A stretch of 64,000 nucleotides of DNA from an uncultured delta proteobacterium (GTDB lineage Bacteria; Myxococcota_A; UBA9160; SZUA-336), in NCBI GenBank assembly GCA_963704165.1, contig CAVPHD010000001.1, positions 288,001 to 352,000 of the forward strand. Reading direction: 5' to 3'. The notes beneath the pieces are model-generated. The model had not been told where the DNA came from. It did not search any database and saw nothing but the letters and a program-made list of their open reading frames with translations. A program made the position numbers and the translations under genes. Of this stretch, positions 58,721 to 64,000 are shown in pieces (position 1 is the first letter of the stretch; every line of letters starts with the position of its first letter).

Positions 58721-59680
58721 ATGGCGCGAAGAATCCTCATCGTTCTCGGTGCGCTCGCAGCCCTCGGCTTCGCCTTCGTCTGCCTCGGGCTGCTTCTCGC
58801 CCATCGACAGATCCGCGGGCTCGAGCCGGAGCTGCCCACGGTCGATGCGATTCTCGGTTTCGATACCGATGCGGATCTGCCTGTGAGTATCTCGTGGCTC
58901 AACACCGCGAGCCAGAAGATGCCGCGATCCGCAGTGCTCGTGCCGTCGCTCGATCCCACTCCCGAAGCACCCTATGTGATGAGTCACGCCGTCTTCGTGC
59001 TCGAATGGTCGGATGGGCGGATCTTCCTGGTCGATTCCGGGATGGAGCCCGAATCCGCGCGAGCCTTCGGCAAGCCGGTCGAGACGTTCTCCGGGGCCGA
59101 CCCGATCGTTCCGCTCGGCTCGATGGCCGAGAGGCTCGGCCTCTCGCTCCGCCGCGTGGGAGGAATCGCTTTCACCCACGAACACACCGACCACACCGAT
59201 GGCGTCGCCGCTCTGTGTCGGCTTCTCGACCGAAAGACCCGGCTGGTCCAGGGCCGACTGCAGATCGACGAGTCGAACTACACGACGCGACCGAGCCAGG
59301 CGCAGCTCACCGACGCGCGTTGTCTCGTGCGCGAGGTCGCCGAAGAGGGCCCGCTCTTCGAGGTGCACGGATTCCCGGGCCTCGCCTTCTTCGCGGCGGC
59401 CGGACACACGCCCGGTTCTCAGGTCTTCGTCGCGCACGTGCGCGGAACCGACGGCGTGCGCACGTATCTCCTCACCGGAGACATCGTGAACCAGATCGAC
59501 GGTGTGCGAGGGAACGTCCCGAAACCGCGCCTGTACAGCCTGCTCGTCGTGCCCGAGTCGCCCGCCCGCCTCGACTCGGTCCGCCGCCTGCTCGCCGAGC
59601 TCGAGCGCGACCACGGTGCCACGCTGCTCGTCTCGCACGATCAGCTCTCGCTCGAGGCGAGCGGCGTCCGCGCCCGGTAG
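58721..59680 (+). CDS. Membrane-anchored MBL-fold metallo-hydrolase
   Basis: N-terminal TM; LVDSG, THEHTDH, GHTPGS, LTGD, SHD. Confidence 0.85.
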   Translation: MARRILIVLGALAALGFAFVCLGLLLAHRQIRGLEPELPTVDAILGFDTDADLPVSISWLNTASQKMPRSAVLVPSLDPTPEAPYVMSHAVFVLEWSDGRIFLVDSGMEPESARAFGKPVETFSGADPIVPLGSMAERLGLSLRRVGGIAFTHEHTDHTDGVAALCRLLDRKTRLVQGRLQIDESNYTTRPSQAQLTDARCLVREVAEEGPLFEVHGFPGLAFFAAAGHTPGSQVFVAHVRGTDGVRTYLLTGDIVNQIDGVRGNVPKPRLYSLLVVPESPARLDSVRRLLAELERDHGATLLVSHDQLSLEASGVRAR

Positions 59681-59701
59681 CGCGCGGTATCCTGCGCGCG
59701 G

Positions 59702-60580
59702 ATGTCCCTCCAGGTTCTTCTCGTAGCCATGCTGGCGCAGACGTGCGGCGGCCTCGCGCCGATGCTGACCAAGCTCGCGCTCGCGGGCATGGGGCCGTGG
59801 ACGATGGTCGCGGCGCGCCAGATCTGCGGCGTGCTGGCGCTGCTCGCACTCGACCGCGTGACGCGCACCGAGTCCCGAAAGCGCGAGCCGTTCACGCGCC
59901 GCGACTGGGGGCTGCTCCTCCTGCTCTCGTGGGCTGGCTTCGCGCTTCCCCAGGTGCTGCTCGCGAACGGGATCGAGCTGTCGACGGCGACGAGCGGCGC
60001 CCTGCTCTCACCACTCGAGCCGATCGGCATTCTCGCGGGCGGATGGCTCTTCCTGCGCGAACGGCTGACGCCGGTTCGGATCGCTTCCGTCGCGATCGGA
60101 ACGCTCGGCGCGTTGCTCATCATCGCGCAGAGCAGCGTTCGACCCGAGCTCGGCAATCCGCTCGGCGACGGCCTGATCGCCGCCGGTCATCTGGCTTGGG
60201 CGATCTACACGCTCGCGGCCAAGCCTCTGCTCGTCCGACACGATGCGTTGCGCGTCTCGGTAGCCGCGGTGCTGCTCTCGATCCCGCCGCTCCTGCTGCT
60301 CGCGCTCGGTGAGGAGTTCTCCTGGGAACGCGCGCTGCCCGCGCTCGGCTGGGTGATCGCGCTCGCGATCCTGGGCAGCGCGATCGGCTCGTGGGCGTGG
60401 AACTGGGCGTTGCACCGCATGAGCGCGGGAACCATGGCCGCGTTCATCTTCGTGCAGCCGGTCGTCGGACTCGCGGCCGGCCATCTCGCGCTCGACGAAC
60501 CCGTTGGCGCGCTCGCGCTCGCCGGCGCGGGCGTGATCCTCGCGGGTGTCCTGCTCGAGGCCGTGCGCGGACGCTCCTGA
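59702..60580 (+). CDS. EamA/DMT family transporter
   Basis: About 10 TM helices, two repeats ending FLRERL and ALDEPV. Confidence 0.9.
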   Translation: MSLQVLLVAMLAQTCGGLAPMLTKLALAGMGPWTMVAARQICGVLALLALDRVTRTESRKREPFTRRDWGLLLLLSWAGFALPQVLLANGIELSTATSGALLSPLEPIGILAGGWLFLRERLTPVRIASVAIGTLGALLIIAQSSVRPELGNPLGDGLIAAGHLAWAIYTLAAKPLLVRHDALRVSVAAVLLSIPPLLLLALGEEFSWERALPALGWVIALAILGSAIGSWAWNWALHRMSAGTMAAFIFVQPVVGLAAGHLALDEPVGALALAGAGVILAGVLLEAVRGRS

Positions 60581-60598
60581 TTTCCGAACGCGCGTCGG

Positions 60599-62029
60599 TC
60601 AGTTCCAGATCACCGGCTTCCTCGCACGCCAGGGTCGGGCCGCCTCGAGCTGCGCGGCGACACGGAAGAGCGTCGTCTCGTCGCCGTAGCGGGCCGCGAA
60701 CTGCATGCCGATCGGAAGTCCGGTGCCGGACCACGCGAGCGGGACCGACATCGCCGGCTGGCCGGTGAAGTTGAACGGGGGCGTGAAGGGGAACGCGACC
60801 GACTGGCGCTTTCCGACCTCGCGCGGCGCGAGCGTCACCGGATCGATGTGCCCGATCCGGGGCGGAGGTGTGCCCATGACGGGTGTCAGGTACACGTCGC
60901 AGCTCTCGAAGAAGCGCAGGATCTCGTGCGTCATGCGGCGCAGGTCGCGAAACGCGCGCATCACGGCCTCGCCCGAGAGCTTGCGCCCGCTGCGAATTCC
61001 CGCCCAGGTGAGCGGCTCGAGCTCGTCCTCGCGCGGCTCGCGACCGAGCCGCTCGACGGTCTCCGCGAGGCCCGCGGCGGCGCCCGCCGCGCCGAGCACG
61101 CCCTGCGTGCGGTAGAGCGCGCGGTAGTCGATTCCGAGGTCCCGCTCCTCGACGTCGTGACCGAGCTCGACCAGAAGATCCGCGCTGTCCTCGAGCGCCC
61201 GGCGGATCTCGGGATCGATGGGCCGGCCGCTCGGCGTCACCGATGAGAACGCGACGCGAAGCCGCCCCGGTGGCACGCGCAGCTCTTCCAGGTACGACGC
61301 GGGTCGCGGCGGTGCGGCGAACGGCATCGCGGCCTCCGCGTGACCCGTGGCGTCGAGCATCGCCGCGCTGTCGCGCACGCTTCGCGAGACGACGTGACTC
61401 ACGCCGAATCCGAGCACGTTCGCGCCCACGTCGAGTCCGCCGGGATTCCGGTCGCGCGTGACCTTCAGACCGAAGAGACCGCAGCACGCGGCGGGAATCC
61501 GGATCGAGCCGAGACCGTCCGACGCGTGCGCGAGCGGCACGATTCCCGCGGCGACCGCCGACGCCGCGCCCCCGCTCGAACCACCGGAGATGTGATCGGG
61601 GTTCCAGGGGTTCCGGCACGGGCCGAGCCGGCGCGACTCGGTCGTGCCGGTGATGCCGAGCTCGGGCGTATTCGTCTTGCCCAGGATCACGAGCCCGGCC
61701 GCGCGGTGGCGCTTCACCAGCTCGCTGTCCTCGCTCGAGATCTCGTCACCCGCGAAGACGCTGCCATCGGTCATCGGCATGCCCGCGACCTGCATGCGCA
61801 GATCCTTGATCAGGAACGGAACGCCGCGGAATGCGCCTTCGCGGAGCGCACCGCGCGCCTCGCGTCGCGCTTCCTCGTAGCCTTTGTAGACGATCGCATT
61901 CAACACAGGATTGTGACGCTCGATGCGCGTGATCGCCTCTTCGACGAGCTCGGCCGCCGAGACTTCGCCGCGCCGCACCAGCTCCGCCAGTCCCAGACCG
62001 TCGTATTCGCAGTACTCGGTCAACGCCAC
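60599..62029 (-). CDS. Amidase (amidase-signature family)
   Basis: [35 protein letters not shown]. Confidence 0.94.
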   Translation of the reverse strand: MALTEYCEYDGLGLAELVRRGEVSAAELVEEAITRIERHNPVLNAIVYKGYEEARREARGALREGAFRGVPFLIKDLRMQVAGMPMTDGSVFAGDEISSEDSELVKRHRAAGLVILGKTNTPELGITGTTESRRLGPCRNPWNPDHISGGSSGGAASAVAAGIVPLAHASDGLGSIRIPAACCGLFGLKVTRDRNPGGLDVGANVLGFGVSHVVSRSVRDSAAMLDATGHAEAAMPFAAPPRPASYLEELRVPPGRLRVAFSSVTPSGRPIDPEIRRALEDSADLLVELGHDVEERDLGIDYRALYRTQGVLGAAGAAAGLAETVERLGREPREDELEPLTWAGIRSGRKLSGEAVMRAFRDLRRMTHEILRFFESCDVYLTPVMGTPPPRIGHIDPVTLAPREVGKRQSVAFPFTPPFNFTGQPAMSVPLAWSGTGLPIGMQFAARYGDETTLFRVAAQLEAARPWRARKPVIWN

Positions 62030-62083
62030 GGGTCATCCTCCTTCGCGTATTCTACGCGCCTGCGGGGGAACGAAGGGAAGTCG

Positions 62084-63106
<1,023 letters not shown>

Positions 63107-63147
63107 AGACCGACGCCCTGCGGAGCGCGGGCAACGACTCGCCGATC

Positions 63148-64000
63148 TCACCCCGGCGCGGGGAGCCCGATCTCCTTCGCGAGCATCTGCGTGACCGAGT
63201 TGTGGGTCTCGAACTTCGAGTCCTCGGGCAGGACGCCGTAGTGGACCATCTGCTGCGCGATGCGGCTCATGATCACCGCGAAGCGGAAGCCCGCGAACAC
63301 GGTGTAGAACTTCTGCCAGCGGACCGCGCGACCGGTGAGCTCCTCGTAGCGCGCGATCGTCTCATCGTAGCTCGGAAATCCCGGCAGCTTCGGCACGCCG
63401 ATGCCCTCGCTGTGATGGCGGTCGAGGAAGATCGCCCACGCCAGATCCTGCTCGCCGTTTCCGTGCGCGGCCATCTCCCAGTCGAGCACGGCGAGCGGCT
63501 GCGTGCCGTCGGACGCGAAGATGATGTTCCCGATCCGTGCGTCGCCCCAGAGGAGTGAATCGGGCTCGTCGCCCGGCTTGTTCTGCTCGAGCCACGCCCA
63601 CGCCGCCTCGACCGTCGGCTGCGGCTTGCCCCGCGCGGCTAAGCGCATGTAGCGCTCGTAGTAGGTCATCTGCTGGTCGAGTCCGGTGCGTCCGAGCTCG
63701 GGTCGGTCGAGGAAGCCGAAGCCGAGCGCACGCCAGTCGAGGCCGTGGATCGTCGCCATCGACTCGATCCCGCCCCACCAGATGCGCGCCTGATCCGCGG
63801 GCGCGAGATCCCGCACCCATCCTTCCGCCGGGTACGGCGGACGATCCGACGGAACCCGGCCCTCGACGCGACCCATCACGTAGAACGGCGCGCCGAAGAC
63901 GCTCAGGTCGTCGGTCTCGAGCCAGTACATGCGCGGCACCGGCACGCCCGTCGGCGCGAGCAGCCGCATGCAGTCGTACTGGAGCCTCATGTCGTACTCG
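63148..64000 (-). CDS. Phosphotransferase (APH/ACAD10-like) family protein, 5' end outside the window
   Basis: VPVP, GAPFYVM, LLWGDARIGN, VLDWEMA. Confidence 0.88.
   Translation of the reverse strand, partial: EYDMRLQYDCMRLLAPTGVPVPRMYWLETDDLSVFGAPFYVMGRVEGRVPSDRPPYPAEGWVRDLAPADQARIWWGGIESMATIHGLDWRALGFGFLDRPELGRTGLDQQMTYYERYMRLAARGKPQPTVEAAWAWLEQNKPGDEPDSLLWGDARIGNIIFASDGTQPLAVLDWEMAAHGNGEQDLAWAIFLDRHHSEGIGVPKLPGFPSYDETIARYEELTGRAVRWQKFYTVFAGFRFAVIMSRIAQQMVHYGVLPEDSKFETHNSVTQMLAKEIGLPAPG

Noticed and set aside
58721..59680. MBL protein as a metallo-beta-lactamase resistance gene
   Set aside because: HxHxDH is shared across the superfamily; nothing specific to B1-B3 lactamases and no mobile context.

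Overview
A gene-dense, very GC-rich (roughly 70% by eye) bacterial chromosomal segment with about 58 CDSs. I found no rRNA, tRNA, CRISPR array, transposase, integrase or recognisable defence system. Gene content suggests a Myxococcota/deltaproteobacterium-like lineage (inference only). Left third (1-21.8 kb): accessory catabolic genes, namely four GST-like proteins, a tandem DsbA/kappa-GST protein, TetR, three sulfatases, DUF1329/DUF1330, an LLM oxidoreductase, an acyl-CoA dehydrogenase pair and an unusual multi-module polysaccharide deacetylase. Middle: a partial complex I operon (nuoA,E,F,G,H,J,K,L,M,N without B,C,D,I) and housekeeping genes (gpsA, metB-like, ogt, purC, gshB, mrcA, thyA, folA). 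Right: Crp regulator, lipid-catabolic enzymes, gluQ, a short-type parE/parC pair, MBL hydrolase, EamA, amidase. Single-base frameshifts (including one in nuoE) most likely reflect long-read consensus error. Best leads: (1) a deacetylase with an internal IPTL-CTERM-like anchor followed by a second signal peptide, possibly splitting a permuted DOMON-like domain; (2) a small tandem-repeat protein with an H1-like basic tail (candidate nucleoid protein); (3) a promoter-to-terminator unit of about 37 nt (candidate sRNA); (4) a Crp-box-linked unannotated transcript; (5) a pervasive leaderless-promoter signature and three genes that appear to need CTG/ATC starts. All family assignments come from motif recognition, not database searches.
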